Assembly: GCA_021818615.1 (NCBI GenBank)
Contig: JAKATT010000216.1
Coordinates: forward strand, 1 to 36,281
Length of the DNA: 36,281 nucleotides
Direction of reading: 5' to 3'
DNA from: Actinomycetes bacterium
Lineage (GTDB): Bacteria; Actinomycetota; Acidimicrobiia; Acidimicrobiales; Bog-793
Shown here: in pieces, positions 1 through 8,634 of the stretch
Position numbering within the stretch: the first letter of the stretch is position 1
How the letters are laid out: every line of letters starts with the position of its first letter
Notes under the pieces: generated by a model
Told to the model about the DNA's origin: nothing
Database searches by the model: none
Seen by the model: only the letters and a program-made list of their open reading frames with translations
Position numbers and translations under genes: made by a program

Positions 1-41
1 ACCTTGACACCGGGGCCCCGTCGCCTGCTCAGCAGCAACTA

Positions 42-66
42 CGCGCCGGACCTCTGGTCCGGCGCG
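42..66. repeat. Perfect 11-bp inverted repeat (hairpin, 3-nt loop)
   Basis: CGCGCCGGACC-TCT-GGTCCGGCGCG read directly from the sequence; function unknown. Confidence 0.85.
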
Positions 67-121
67 CCCAGAAACCCGCGCACAACAAGTCGTTCAGGGG
101 GCTTGACAAGCCGTTCCACAT

Positions 122-250
122 GAGAAGCTGGTCCCTCTCCACATCAGCGGTCAAGAACAGGCACTCGGCGCCTCAGCGCTCCTGCCACTGGGTCTCGCTC
201 AGACCTGCCTCGTCCAAATGGTGGTGCGCCGTGGCCAGGGACTTCCAACC
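122..250 (-). pseudogene. Degenerate fragment of an actinobacterial IS200/IS605 TnpB-related accessory protein
   Basis: Minus frame reads GWKSLATAHHHLDEAGLSETQWQER*GAECLFLTADVERDQLL. This resembles the segment I recall from that family (..RHHLDEAGLTEAQWRxRWEAERLFLTADGExD..). There is an in-frame TGA (173-175) where the family has Trp, and the similarity ends abruptly near 121. Confidence 0.6.
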
Positions 251-356
251 CTGGTCTACCCGATCGACGCCTTCACTGCCCGGGACAGGTGAACAGTTAC
301 GCCCAGCCTTCGCCACCGCACGGCGCGAACCGGGCGCCCGCCCGCCGTCCTTCGGC

Positions 357-1703
357 TCAGCCGGCCTTGGCCGTAGCTCCCTCGGCGGCCAGCGCCTGCT
401 CGCCGTCCATCCGGCCGATCCGGCGAACGAGCGGCCGGGCGAGGACGAGCGCCACGGCGCACTGTGCCCCACCCGCCAGGTAGAGCGGCAGGCGCAGGCC
501 GCCGAGCACCGCCAGCCCTCCTGCTGCGATGGCACCGGCAGGCGCGGCGCCCCAGATGATGCCGCGCCAGGCCGAGCCGACGCGCCCCATCAGCTCGTCG
601 GGCGTCAGCTTCTGGCGAAGGGCGATCGCGATCGTGCTGCCCACCCCGATGGCAAAGCCGACGAGGACGAAGGCGGCGCCGGCCAGCGGCCAGTCGTGGG
701 CGGCGCCCATGACGAGGTAGTCGAGGCCGGACAGGACTGCGGCGCCGAGCAGGGTCCAGACGCTGCCCAATGCACGGGCGAGGCGGTCGGCCAGGAACGC
801 CCCGAGCATGATCCCCGCCGCTTCCGCGGCGACGAAGGCGCCGTAGCCGCTCGCGGGAACTCCCCAGTCCTTCGTGGCGACGAGGACGAGCACCCCGGAC
901 ACGAGGCCCTGCAAGCCGGCGAGCGACGCCATCAGGTAGACGAGGAGCCGCAGCTTGCGATTGCCGAGCACATGGCGCAGCCCGTCGTACAAGTTGCCCC
1001 TTCTCGCGTCCCGGACCCGCTGGCTCGTGCGCAGCCCCAGGAGGGAGAGCCCCGACAAGAACATCGCGACCGCGTCGGCGGCAAACGGCACTGCCCTCAC
1101 GGCGGCGAAGGCCATCGTGCCGAGCGTCGGGCCGGCGAGGTTCTCGGTCGCCGCCTCCGTGCCGTAGAGCACCCCGTTCGCCCGGTTGAAGCCGGTGGCG
1201 TCGATGAGCTCTGTCATGGCGGCCTGGGAGGCGGAGTAGTAGACGGCCCGTATGCCGGCGTTGGCGAGGACGAAGAGGACGAGGAGGGCGTAGTCGATCT
1301 CTCGCAGGCCGACGAGAGCGGCCATGACGCCGAGGAGGACCCCTCTGGCGACGTTGGCGACGGCCATGACGCGTGCCCGCTCGAAGCGGTCGGCGATCGC
1401 GCCGGCGTGAAGGGCCAGCAGGAGCCAGGGCAAGCTGTCTGTCGCGACGACGGCCGACACGGCAAGTGGCCGCGGGTCGACGACGACGGCGAGGAGGGGG
1501 ACCGCCGAGTAGATGAAGCCGTCGCCGAGGCTTGAGACGGCGAACGTCGCCCAGAGCCGGCGAAAGCCCCGGCCGAACGTCCGGGCGGTGCGAGGCGGCG
1601 AGCTGCTGCCCGGGCCCGGGCTGTGCGGGGGCTCCTCCCGCTCGCCCGAAGGGAGCAGCGGGCTTACCGGCGATGCCGGCGGCTCCGCAGCCACACTCCC
1701 CAT
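357..1703 (-). CDS. MFS transporter (about 12 TM, efflux-type)
   Basis: FRRLWATFAVSSLGDG N-terminus, motif A-like GAIADRFERARVM and GAFLADRL, C-terminal TPDELMGRV. ATG at 1703; alternative GTG at 1709. Confidence 0.9.
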   Translation of the reverse strand: MGSVAAEPPASPVSPLLPSGEREEPPHSPGPGSSSPPRTARTFGRGFRRLWATFAVSSLGDGFIYSAVPLLAVVVDPRPLAVSAVVATDSLPWLLLALHAGAIADRFERARVMAVANVARGVLLGVMAALVGLREIDYALLVLFVLANAGIRAVYYSASQAAMTELIDATGFNRANGVLYGTEAATENLAGPTLGTMAFAAVRAVPFAADAVAMFLSGLSLLGLRTSQRVRDARRGNLYDGLRHVLGNRKLRLLVYLMASLAGLQGLVSGVLVLVATKDWGVPASGYGAFVAAEAAGIMLGAFLADRLARALGSVWTLLGAAVLSGLDYLVMGAAHDWPLAGAAFVLVGFAIGVGSTIAIALRQKLTPDELMGRVGSAWRGIIWGAAPAGAIAAGGLAVLGGLRLPLYLAGGAQCAVALVLARPLVRRIGRMDGEQALAAEGATAKAG

Positions 1704-1798
1704 TCCCACCCCCCCATTCCCAACCCGCGGCCTTCCTGCGAGCGGTCGGGCCAGACCTGCTCATCGCCGGCCCATTATGCCCGCGGCTGGGCTGATCA

Positions 1799-1831
1799 CC
1801 GGGATGCGGCGCGATTGCCGGGATGCGGCGC
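1799..1831. repeat. 14-bp direct repeat (CCGGGATGCGGCGC x2, 19-bp period) upstream of the MFS gene; possible operator
   Basis: Copies at 1799-1812 and 1818-1831, just upstream of a minus-strand CATAAT -10-like hexamer (1774-1779). The repeat is seen directly; a regulatory role is inference. Confidence 0.5.
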
Positions 1832-1894
1832 CGTGACCGGACAACCCGGAGGAGAAATTCCTCAAGCTGCCCGGCCACCGCGCCGATAGGTATC

Positions 1895-2050
1895 AGGAAG
1901 CCTCCGCCGTGGCAGAGGCGGGTTCAGCTCAACCCCATCTTTCCGTACGGGCCAAGTCGACCACCTCCCTCCTGCAAGTCGGGGCATCGGTCGGGGGAGA
2001 TGAGGGCGATACACCGTGCTACCGGTGCCCTCTAATCCCCCGCGACCGAT
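1895..2050 (-). ncRNA. Candidate small RNA / sORF-carrying transcript
   Basis: Long interrupted hairpin at 1986-2050, then a strong SD (AGGAGGGAGG), an 8-codon ORF (1955-1929) and a terminator-like stem at 1900-1919, all inside a ~510-bp intergenic gap. Confidence 0.35.
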
Positions 2051-2216
2051 ATCCTCCCAGGAAGCTGCCGTCAAGGGCAAGCACACCGTCCACAGGCTCC
2101 ACTTGCGGCACACTGCCCACAGGCCGCCGGCGCGAGCTCGCGCCGAGACGACGCGCTCAGCCAGCCGCCGGGGCGGAGGGATATATACCGCCTGTCCTCG
2201 GCCGTGGCCGCAGGCG

Positions 2217-4880
2217 TCAGGCGAGACCCTTCAGGCGCCCGGGGAGGACCCGCAGCGGATGGGCAGAGGCCAGCTCGGCGAAGCGGAGGCGGGGCTTGGT
2301 GCTCAGCCAGCGGGTGAGGTCCGCTGCCGAGAGCGGGGGAGACAGGTAGTAGCCCTGCAGGGCGTCGCAGCCGGCGTCGGCCAGCATCGCGCAGGTCAGC
2401 TCGTTCTCGGCGCCCTCGGCCACCACCGAGAGGCCGAGGGAGTGGGCCATGGCGATCGACGAGCGGACGATGATGGCGTTGCTCTCGTTCGCAGCGATGT
2501 TGTTGACAAAGGACCGGTCGAGCTTCAGCTCGTCGAGCGGCAGGCTGTGCAGGTAGGCGAGGGACGAGTACCCGGTGCCGTAGTCGTCGACGGCGATGCG
2601 CACGCCGAGCTCCCCGAGCTCGGCGAGCACCCGGCTGGCCTCGCGGACGTCCGCCATGACCTCGGTCTCGGTCACCTCGAGCGACAGCGCGCCAGGCGGC
2701 AGGCCGCAGTCGTGAAGGCGGGAGGCAATCTTGCGGACGATGGAGTGGTCGGCCAGGTCCTGGCCCGAGAGGTTGACCGTGAGGCCGAGCTCGTAGCCCT
2801 TCGCCCGCCATGTCGCGAGCTGCCGCAAGCCCTCGCGGAGCACGAAGTCGGTGATCTGGCCGATCAGGCCCATCTGCTCGGCGATGCTGATGAACTCGTC
2901 GGCGGGCACCTGCCCGTGGTCCGGGTGGTACCAGCGCGAGAGCGCCTCGAGGCGGACCACCTCACCGGTCGCGAACTTGGCGATCGGCTGGTAGACGAGG
3001 CTCAGCTGCTTGCCGCTCGCGAGGGCCTCCGTGAGCTGGCCGCCGAGCATCAGCTTTCGCTGCATGCTGCTGTCGTGGGAGGCGGAGTACATCTCGATCC
3101 CCGAGCGCCGCTCCTTGGCGTGGTACATGGCGATGTCGGCCCGCTGCAGCAACGTGGCGACGTTGTTGCCGTGCTCGGGGGCGAGCGAGACGCCGGCGCT
3201 CGCAGTCACCGCCAGGGTGATGCCCGCGAGGTGGACCGGGCGGGAGATGGCGCTCTCGATGTCCCGCACGATCCCCGTCGCCTCCTCCGGCCCCATGACG
3301 CCGGGGATGACGAGGGCGAACTCGTCGCCGCCGAGGCGGGCCACCGTGGCCCTTCCCGCCGCCACCTTGAGGAGGCGCTCGGAGATCTCGCACAAGAGGG
3401 TGTCGCCGACGCCGTGGCCGAGCGTGTCGTTCACCTCCTTGAAGCGGTCGAGGTCCAACAGGGCGATCGCCGCCCTGCCGGTGGCCGCGAGGGACGCTCC
3501 CGCCGACTCGAGGAAGAGGACCCTGTTCGGGAGCCCGGTGAGCTCGTCGTGGGTGGCCTGGTGGGTCTTCGCCTCCGACTCGAGGCGGAGCTCCTCGACG
3601 AGCCGGGCGCGCTCGAGCGTCGTGCCGGCGTGGGCGGCGAGGGCTTCGAACAGCCGCAGGTCGTCCTCGTTGAGGGGAGCGAAGCCCGGCGCCCGATCGA
3701 GGGCGACGAGGACGCCGATCACCTGCTCGACGCTCGAGATCGGGACCACCGCCGCCTCCTCGAACTCGCCGAGGACGTCGTCACGCACCGTCTCCTTCCC
3801 CCGTGGGGTCGTGCGGCCCGACTCGAGGAGCGACTGGCGCGTCGTCACGACGCGCGCCACGAGCGAGCGGTGGGAGAGCGCCACCTTCTCGTTCACCCGC
3901 CTGCCCTCGTCGTCGACCGAGAGCCGGTGCGCCGTTCCCGGCTCGTCGATCACGACGAGCTCGGCTCGGCGAGTCCGCATGACGGACAGCACCCGCTCGA
4001 GGATCGCCCACACGGTGCTCGACGTCTCGAGCGACATCGCGCCGACCGACTTCGAGAACTCGTAGAGCTGCTGCAGGGCGCCGAACTTGTCCGTGAGGCC
4101 GAGGTAGCGGCGGTAGGCGAAGATGACCAGCACCCCGATGAGAAGCAGCGGCCCCACGGCGGCGATGTCGAGCGTCGCAGCATCGAGGACGACGACGGCG
4201 AGGGCTATCGACGCTATCACGACGAGCACCAAGATCATGTGCGCCGAGTCAGGCGCCCACCTCAACTTGCGCTTCTCGCCGTGGAGGCGGAGCACGAGGG
4301 CGAGGGTGAGCCTGGCAAAGAGGGTCTGAGCCAGAAGAGCGGCAGCAGCCGCGGGCCAGCCGAACGTGCCAATCACGCTGTGCGAGCCAAGCACCGCACG
4401 GTATACATATGAGGCGACGATCGGAACCGTCACACCTGCGGCCAGGTTGAACACCAACTTACGCCACACCTGCCGCTTCACGAGCCCGTAGACGACCGCA
4501 TCCGAGAGGAGCCAGCTCAGGACCAGGGTCCGGGGCGTCACCATGACCAGTCCGAGGAGGAGCGGGACCTCACTCAGCACGACCAGCGACACCTGGCCCC
4601 GGAACCGTATCGAGAGCGGCGTCAGGTTGACGAGCGCGAACAGCACGACGAGGAGGCCGGTCGCCACCGGCTCGGGGGCGAGGTGGCGGATGACCGGAGC
4701 GCGGGCGAGCGGGCCCCACACGAGGGCGGCCACGGTTCCCGCCACCAGCAGGGCCGCGAAGGCGAGCACTCGGGCCGCAGCCCCGCGGCCTCTCGCTGTT
4801 GGGCCCGCGCTCTCGTCCCCGGCGTTCACCCTGCCGGGCTCTTCGAGGGCGCGCTCGCGGGCGCGGTCGACGGCAACCAC
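2217..4880 (-). CDS. Membrane-anchored GAF-GGDEF-EAL diguanylate cyclase/phosphodiesterase
   Basis: Multi-TM N-terminus; GAF-like segment (AAVVPI..IGVLVALDR..EDDLRLFEALAAHA); HDELTGLPNR, DLDRFKEVNDTLGHGVGD, RLGGDEF; RLEALSRW, LEVTET, DDYGTGYSSL, LKLDRSF, VVAEG, QGYY. The start is uncertain: GTG 4880 lies 6 nt after a GATAAT hexamer; GTG 4829 is the alternative. Confidence 0.93.
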   Translation of the reverse strand: MVAVDRARERALEEPGRVNAGDESAGPTARGRGAAARVLAFAALLVAGTVAALVWGPLARAPVIRHLAPEPVATGLLVVLFALVNLTPLSIRFRGQVSLVVLSEVPLLLGLVMVTPRTLVLSWLLSDAVVYGLVKRQVWRKLVFNLAAGVTVPIVASYVYRAVLGSHSVIGTFGWPAAAAALLAQTLFARLTLALVLRLHGEKRKLRWAPDSAHMILVLVVIASIALAVVVLDAATLDIAAVGPLLLIGVLVIFAYRRYLGLTDKFGALQQLYEFSKSVGAMSLETSSTVWAILERVLSVMRTRRAELVVIDEPGTAHRLSVDDEGRRVNEKVALSHRSLVARVVTTRQSLLESGRTTPRGKETVRDDVLGEFEEAAVVPISSVEQVIGVLVALDRAPGFAPLNEDDLRLFEALAAHAGTTLERARLVEELRLESEAKTHQATHDELTGLPNRVLFLESAGASLAATGRAAIALLDLDRFKEVNDTLGHGVGDTLLCEISERLLKVAAGRATVARLGGDEFALVIPGVMGPEEATGIVRDIESAISRPVHLAGITLAVTASAGVSLAPEHGNNVATLLQRADIAMYHAKERRSGIEMYSASHDSSMQRKLMLGGQLTEALASGKQLSLVYQPIAKFATGEVVRLEALSRWYHPDHGQVPADEFISIAEQMGLIGQITDFVLREGLRQLATWRAKGYELGLTVNLSGQDLADHSIVRKIASRLHDCGLPPGALSLEVTETEVMADVREASRVLAELGELGVRIAVDDYGTGYSSLAYLHSLPLDELKLDRSFVNNIAANESNAIIVRSSIAMAHSLGLSVVAEGAENELTCAMLADAGCDALQGYYLSPPLSAADLTRWLSTKPRLRFAELASAHPLRVLPGRLKGLA

Positions 4881-5018
4881 GCGGAGATTATCGACCACCT
4901 GGCCGGCGAACTTGAGGATCCCCTCGCGACTCCTCCTGTTCCCCACGGGTACAGCTCCTGTTCCCGACGGGTGCAGCGGAGAACCGGCGAGCTCTCGGGC
5001 CACGGCGGCGACGGGGAG

Positions 5019-5187
5019 GGCCACGACGTGCCAGGTGCGGTGAGCGGCCACGACGTGCCAGGTGCGGTGAGCGGCCACGACGTGCCAGGTGCGGTGAGCG
5101 GCCACGACGTGCCAGGTGCGGTGAGCGGCCACGACGTGCCAGGTGCGGTGAGCGCCACGACGTGCCAGGTGCGGTGAGCGCCACGAC
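5019..5187. repeat. 27-bp tandem repeat (GGCCACGACGTGCCAGGTGCGGTGAGC x5, one 26-bp copy, one partial copy)
   Basis: Units at 5019, 5046, 5073, 5100 and 5127 (27 bp), 5154 (26 bp, one G missing), partial 5180-5187. No spacers between units. Confidence 0.97.
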
Positions 5188-6451
5188 TGGAACCGAGCTC
5201 TCCGCCCGGGAAGCCCGCAGGATCGCCCTCCGGGCGCAGGGCCTCCTCGGGCCTCGGATCGCCAAGGGCCCGCTCGGAGTCCTTCGCCACCTGGGCGCCG
5301 TACAGATCGACACCATCTCGGTGCTCGCCCGCTCCCACGAGCTGGTCGCCTACGCCCGCCTCGGCCCGCTCCCACGCCGGCGGATCGAGCAGGCCTACTG
5401 GGGAGCCGGCGGCGACACCGGCCCCATCCGCCCGCACTCCTTCGAGTACTGGTCGCACGCCGCCTGCATCCTGCCTCTCGAGGAGTGGCCGCAGTTCTCG
5501 TTCAAGCGGGCCGAGCGGCGAGAGCGCGGCAGGCGCTGGCACCGCCTCGAAGACGCCGAAGCCAGCTGCCGGGCGGTGCTGGACAAGCTGAGGGCGGAAG
5601 GTCCCCTCACCGCCCGTGAGCTCGGCGGGGCGAAGAGGGGCGGCCCGTGGTGGGACTGGTCCGAGGTGAAGATCGCCGCCGAGTGGTTGCTCGACATCGG
5701 CGAGGTCGTCTGCACGAGCCGGCGGGGCTTCCAGCGCATCTACGACCTCCCCGAGCGCGCAGTGCCGGACGACCTGCTCGGTGCCGAGATCGAACGCGAC
5801 GAACAGCTCCGCCACCTGATGGGCAGGGCAGCCACCGCGCTCGGCGTGGCCACCGCCGACGACATCGCCGCCTACTGCGGCATCACGAGCGCCGACGCCA
5901 CCCGCCTCCTGCCCGACCTCGATCTCGAGCGGGTCAGGATCCGCAGCTGGGGCAAGCCTGCCGTCTGCGACCCCTCGCTCCTCGTCTCGGGTACCTCGGG
6001 CCTCCGTTCGAGAGCGGTGCTCCTCTCCCCGTTCGACTCCACGATCTGGTACCGCCCTCGTGTCGAGCGGGTCTTCGGGTTCCGTCACCGCCTCGAGGCC
6101 TACGTGCCGAGACCGAAACGGGTTCACGGCTACTTCTCCATGCCGGTCCTCGTCGGTGATCGCCTCGTCGGCCGGGTCGACCCGTCCCGTGACGGCTCGA
6201 CGCTCGTCGCCAACAGCATCCACCTCGAGCCAGGTGCCAGCATCGCGGCCGACGGACGGGGAATAGCCGCCGCCCTCGCAGCCGCGGCGAGCTGGGTCGG
6301 CTGCTGCGATGTCGCCGTCGACCGGGTCTACCCGACCCACGCCAGGACGCCGATCGAGCAGGCCCTCGGCAAGGCGCTGCGGAGTCACTCTTCGGCGAGC
6401 CTCGGCAGCACCGCGCCGCTCCGGCCGCCTACGACGACGGCGGCCAGGTAG
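5174..6451 (+). CDS. ycaQ: YcaQ/AlkZ-family (HTH_42) crosslink-repair DNA glycosylase, YcaQ-like
   Basis: ELSAREARRIALRAQG, LGAVQIDTISVLARSH (QxD motif of the YcaQ-like subfamily), FEYWSHAAC, LLSPFDS, YVPRPKRVHGYF, LVGRVD. GTG 5174 chosen as start; the ORF track gives 5162. Confidence 0.9.
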   Translation: MSATTGTELSAREARRIALRAQGLLGPRIAKGPLGVLRHLGAVQIDTISVLARSHELVAYARLGPLPRRRIEQAYWGAGGDTGPIRPHSFEYWSHAACILPLEEWPQFSFKRAERRERGRRWHRLEDAEASCRAVLDKLRAEGPLTARELGGAKRGGPWWDWSEVKIAAEWLLDIGEVVCTSRRGFQRIYDLPERAVPDDLLGAEIERDEQLRHLMGRAATALGVATADDIAAYCGITSADATRLLPDLDLERVRIRSWGKPAVCDPSLLVSGTSGLRSRAVLLSPFDSTIWYRPRVERVFGFRHRLEAYVPRPKRVHGYFSMPVLVGDRLVGRVDPSRDGSTLVANSIHLEPGASIAADGRGIAAALAAAASWVGCCDVAVDRVYPTHARTPIEQALGKALRSHSSASLGSTAPLRPPTTTAAR

Positions 6452-6479
6452 TCGTCGCCGGCGGCGCCGTCGTAGGCGG
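6425..6479. terminator. Inverted repeat between convergent ycaQ and panE-like genes; possible bidirectional terminator
   Basis: CCGCCTACGACG (6425-6436) and CGTCGTAGGCGG (6468-6479) form perfect 12-bp arms spanning the ycaQ stop. No U-tract. Confidence 0.5.
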
Positions 6480-6496
6480 TGGCGCCAGCCCCGCTC

Positions 6497-7483
6497 TCAG
6501 GACCGGGACTGGGCAATGAGGCCCCCGGCAAGCTCGGTGGGAGTGATCGAGCCGGGGCGCCGGCGTTGCCTGGCCATCTCGTTCGCAACCTGGCGGAGCC
6601 GCTCGTTCACTGGCGTGGCGATGCCATGGAGCCGGCCGAGCAGGACGATCTCGCCGTTCAGCCAGTCGGCCTCGATGTTGCCCGTGCCCCGCTCGAGGCT
6701 CTGCCAGGACGAGCCTCCCGCCTGCACCGGCCCTTTGGCGGGCTGGAGCGGGCCCCGCAGGCGCCGGCGCTCCCTCTCGGCAACCTCGTCGGCGAGCGCG
6801 ATCCCGGCCGCCTCGTAGCACGCCCGCGCCTCGCGCCGGGCGGCCGAGGCGAGCTCCGACGCGACCGGGTCCTCGAGGGTGCCGCAGGCGGCCTCGATGG
6901 CGTTCGTCAGGTTGCTGAGCAGCTTCAGGTACTTGTGCTCCATGACGTGCTCGCTCTCCTCCGCGTCGAAACCCACCGCCCGGAGGTCCTCGGCCACCGC
7001 GCTCGCGAGCCCGTCGCTGCCCGAGGGGTACCGCCCGAGGTCGAGGATGCCCGACACGGGAGAGGTCGATATCTCGACCACGCCGGGCTCGAGGTGCGTC
7101 GCGGCAAGGATCACCCTCATTCCGTAGACGTCGGCGAAGCGGCGCAGCGCGACCCGCTCGTTCTCGACGCCGTTCTGCGCGCAGACGACGGCGGTCCCGG
7201 CCGGTGCGACGGCGGCGAGCGCTCGGAGCGCCTCCTCGCTCTGCTGGCTCTTCGTCGTGAGCAGCACGACGTCGCCTGGGCGGGGACCGGCCTGTGCTGC
7301 CGAGCCGACCGCCGGGACGTCGAGGCGGACGTGCCCAGCCGGGTCCCTCAGCTCGAGACCGCGCTCCTGCAGTGCCCGGAGGTGATCGCCTTGCGCGATG
7401 AGGACCACGTCGCGCCCGTGCTGGTACAGGCGGCCGCCGATGGCGCCTCCGATGGCGCCGGCACCGAGGACGAGGTAGCGCAC
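6497..7483 (-). CDS. Ketopantoate reductase (PanE/ApbA) family oxidoreductase
   Basis: MRYLVLGAGAIGG Rossmann motif, LLTTKSQ, CAQNGV, KYLKLLSNL, SSWQSLERG..EADWLNGEIV. GTG at 7483. Confidence 0.88.
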   Translation of the reverse strand: MRYLVLGAGAIGGAIGGRLYQHGRDVVLIAQGDHLRALQERGLELRDPAGHVRLDVPAVGSAAQAGPRPGDVVLLTTKSQQSEEALRALAAVAPAGTAVVCAQNGVENERVALRRFADVYGMRVILAATHLEPGVVEISTSPVSGILDLGRYPSGSDGLASAVAEDLRAVGFDAEESEHVMEHKYLKLLSNLTNAIEAACGTLEDPVASELASAARREARACYEAAGIALADEVAERERRRLRGPLQPAKGPVQAGGSSWQSLERGTGNIEADWLNGEIVLLGRLHGIATPVNERLRQVANEMARQRRRPGSITPTELAGGLIAQSRS

Positions 7484-7487
7484 GGCC

Positions 7488-7934
7488 CTAGGCACCGAGC
7501 TCCAGCAGGATCGTCACCGGGCCGTCGTTGGCGAGCTCGACGAGCATGTCGGCGCCGAAGCTTCCGGTCGCTACCTCGGCGCCGAGCTGGCGAAGCTCGG
7601 CGACCACCGTCTCGACGAGCGGCTCGGCCACATCGCCCGGCGCCGCGGCCAGCCACGAGGGGCGGCGCCCCTTGCTCGTGTCGCCGTAGAGGGTGAACTG
7701 GCTGACGACGAGGAGGGGCGCCCCGAGCTCGGCGGCGGAACGGTTCATGCGACCCTCGTCGTCGGCCATCACCCGCAGGTTCCAGAGCCGCGAGGCGAGC
7801 GTGGCTGCGACGCTCTCGTCGTCGCTGTGCGTGACGCCGACGAGCACGCAGAGCCCCGGCCTCGAGATCGAGCCGACCACCTCGCCGGCAACGCTCACTC
7901 TCGCCCAGGCGACCCGCTGGACTACGGCCCTCAC
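7488..7934 (-). CDS. dtd: D-aminoacyl-tRNA deacylase
   Basis: [42 protein letters not shown] (SQFTL and Gly-Pro motifs). The GTG start overlaps the upstream TGA. Confidence 0.96.
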   Translation of the reverse strand: MRAVVQRVAWARVSVAGEVVGSISRPGLCVLVGVTHSDDESVAATLASRLWNLRVMADDEGRMNRSAAELGAPLLVVSQFTLYGDTSKGRRPSWLAAAPGDVAEPLVETVVAELRQLGAEVATGSFGADMLVELANDGPVTILLELGA

Positions 7935-8629
7935 GCCGGCGCTGCCCGAGCTGGCCTCCGCCGGGAGGCACTGGCTCCGTCGGGGGCGGAGGGCTCGAGA
8001 TATGCCGGCACCCGGATGCCGCCTGCGAGGTCCGCCGACGGCTCGGGGTCCCTGCGCTCGCAGGAGAGCCGCACGACGCCGGCCCAGCAGCGCGAGGCGA
8101 GGTCGCGCTCGTCGTCGACCGGGTCGCCCGCGCGGACCTTGGCGGACACCGTCTCGAGCGGCAGCTCGAGCATCGCCGTCTGGCGCAGCTCGCCTCGATC
8201 CGGCGCCCGTGCGTCCACAGAGCGCCCAGGAGCGACCTTCTCGACCAGTTGTTCGAGCACACGCCTCTTTGTTGCCTCGTCCGCCACGATCGAGGCGGTG
8301 CCGTGGACGACGACCGAGCGGTAGTTGACCGAGTGGTGGAACATGGACCGGGCGAGGACGAGGCCGTCGATCAGCGTCACCTCGAAGCTCACCGAAAGGC
8401 CCCGCCGCCGCACCGCCAGGCGGGCAGGACGGGCCCCGGTCGAGCTGTGCAGGTAGATGCTCCCGCCCTCGCGTACGAACAAGAGCGGCAGGAGCTGCGG
8501 CGCGCCATCGGCGACGAATGCAAGATGCCCGACAAGGGCTTCGTCGAGGATCGAGTGCACGGTCGCCTCGTCGTAGCGGGCTCGCTCGGGGTGGCGAGAG
8601 GGTGCAGTCGATGCGACCGGCTCGTACAT
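7931..8629 (-). CDS. Pyridoxamine 5'-phosphate oxidase-like flavin-nucleotide-binding protein
   Basis: [70 protein letters not shown] at 8629. Confidence 0.88.
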   Translation of the reverse strand: MYEPVASTAPSRHPERARYDEATVHSILDEALVGHLAFVADGAPQLLPLLFVREGGSIYLHSSTGARPARLAVRRRGLSVSFEVTLIDGLVLARSMFHHSVNYRSVVVHGTASIVADEATKRRVLEQLVEKVAPGRSVDARAPDRGELRQTAMLELPLETVSAKVRAGDPVDDERDLASRCWAGVVRLSCERRDPEPSADLAGGIRVPAYLEPSAPDGASASRRRPARAAPA

Positions 8630-8634
8630 GGCGA

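Noticed and set aside
120-4412. Long plus-strand ORFs 120-1535 and 2016-4412
   Set aside because: Antisense shadows of the MFS and GGDEF-EAL genes, typical of high-GC DNA, with no recognisable motifs.
4540-4550. 11-nt match (ACCATGACCAG) to the putative omega-RNA guide inside the GGDEF-EAL gene
   Set aside because: Too short, it does not include the first guide positions, and it is compatible with chance.
5019-5187. Possible CRISPR array
   Set aside because: Units are head-to-tail identical with no unique spacers, and there are no cas genes. It is a tandem repeat.
4881-5375. N-terminal extension of the GGDEF-EAL ORF containing (AHRTWHVVA)n, as in the ORF track
   Set aside because: It is an open frame through the 27-bp repeat that overlaps ycaQ on the opposite strand. 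Better starts exist at 4880 or 4829.
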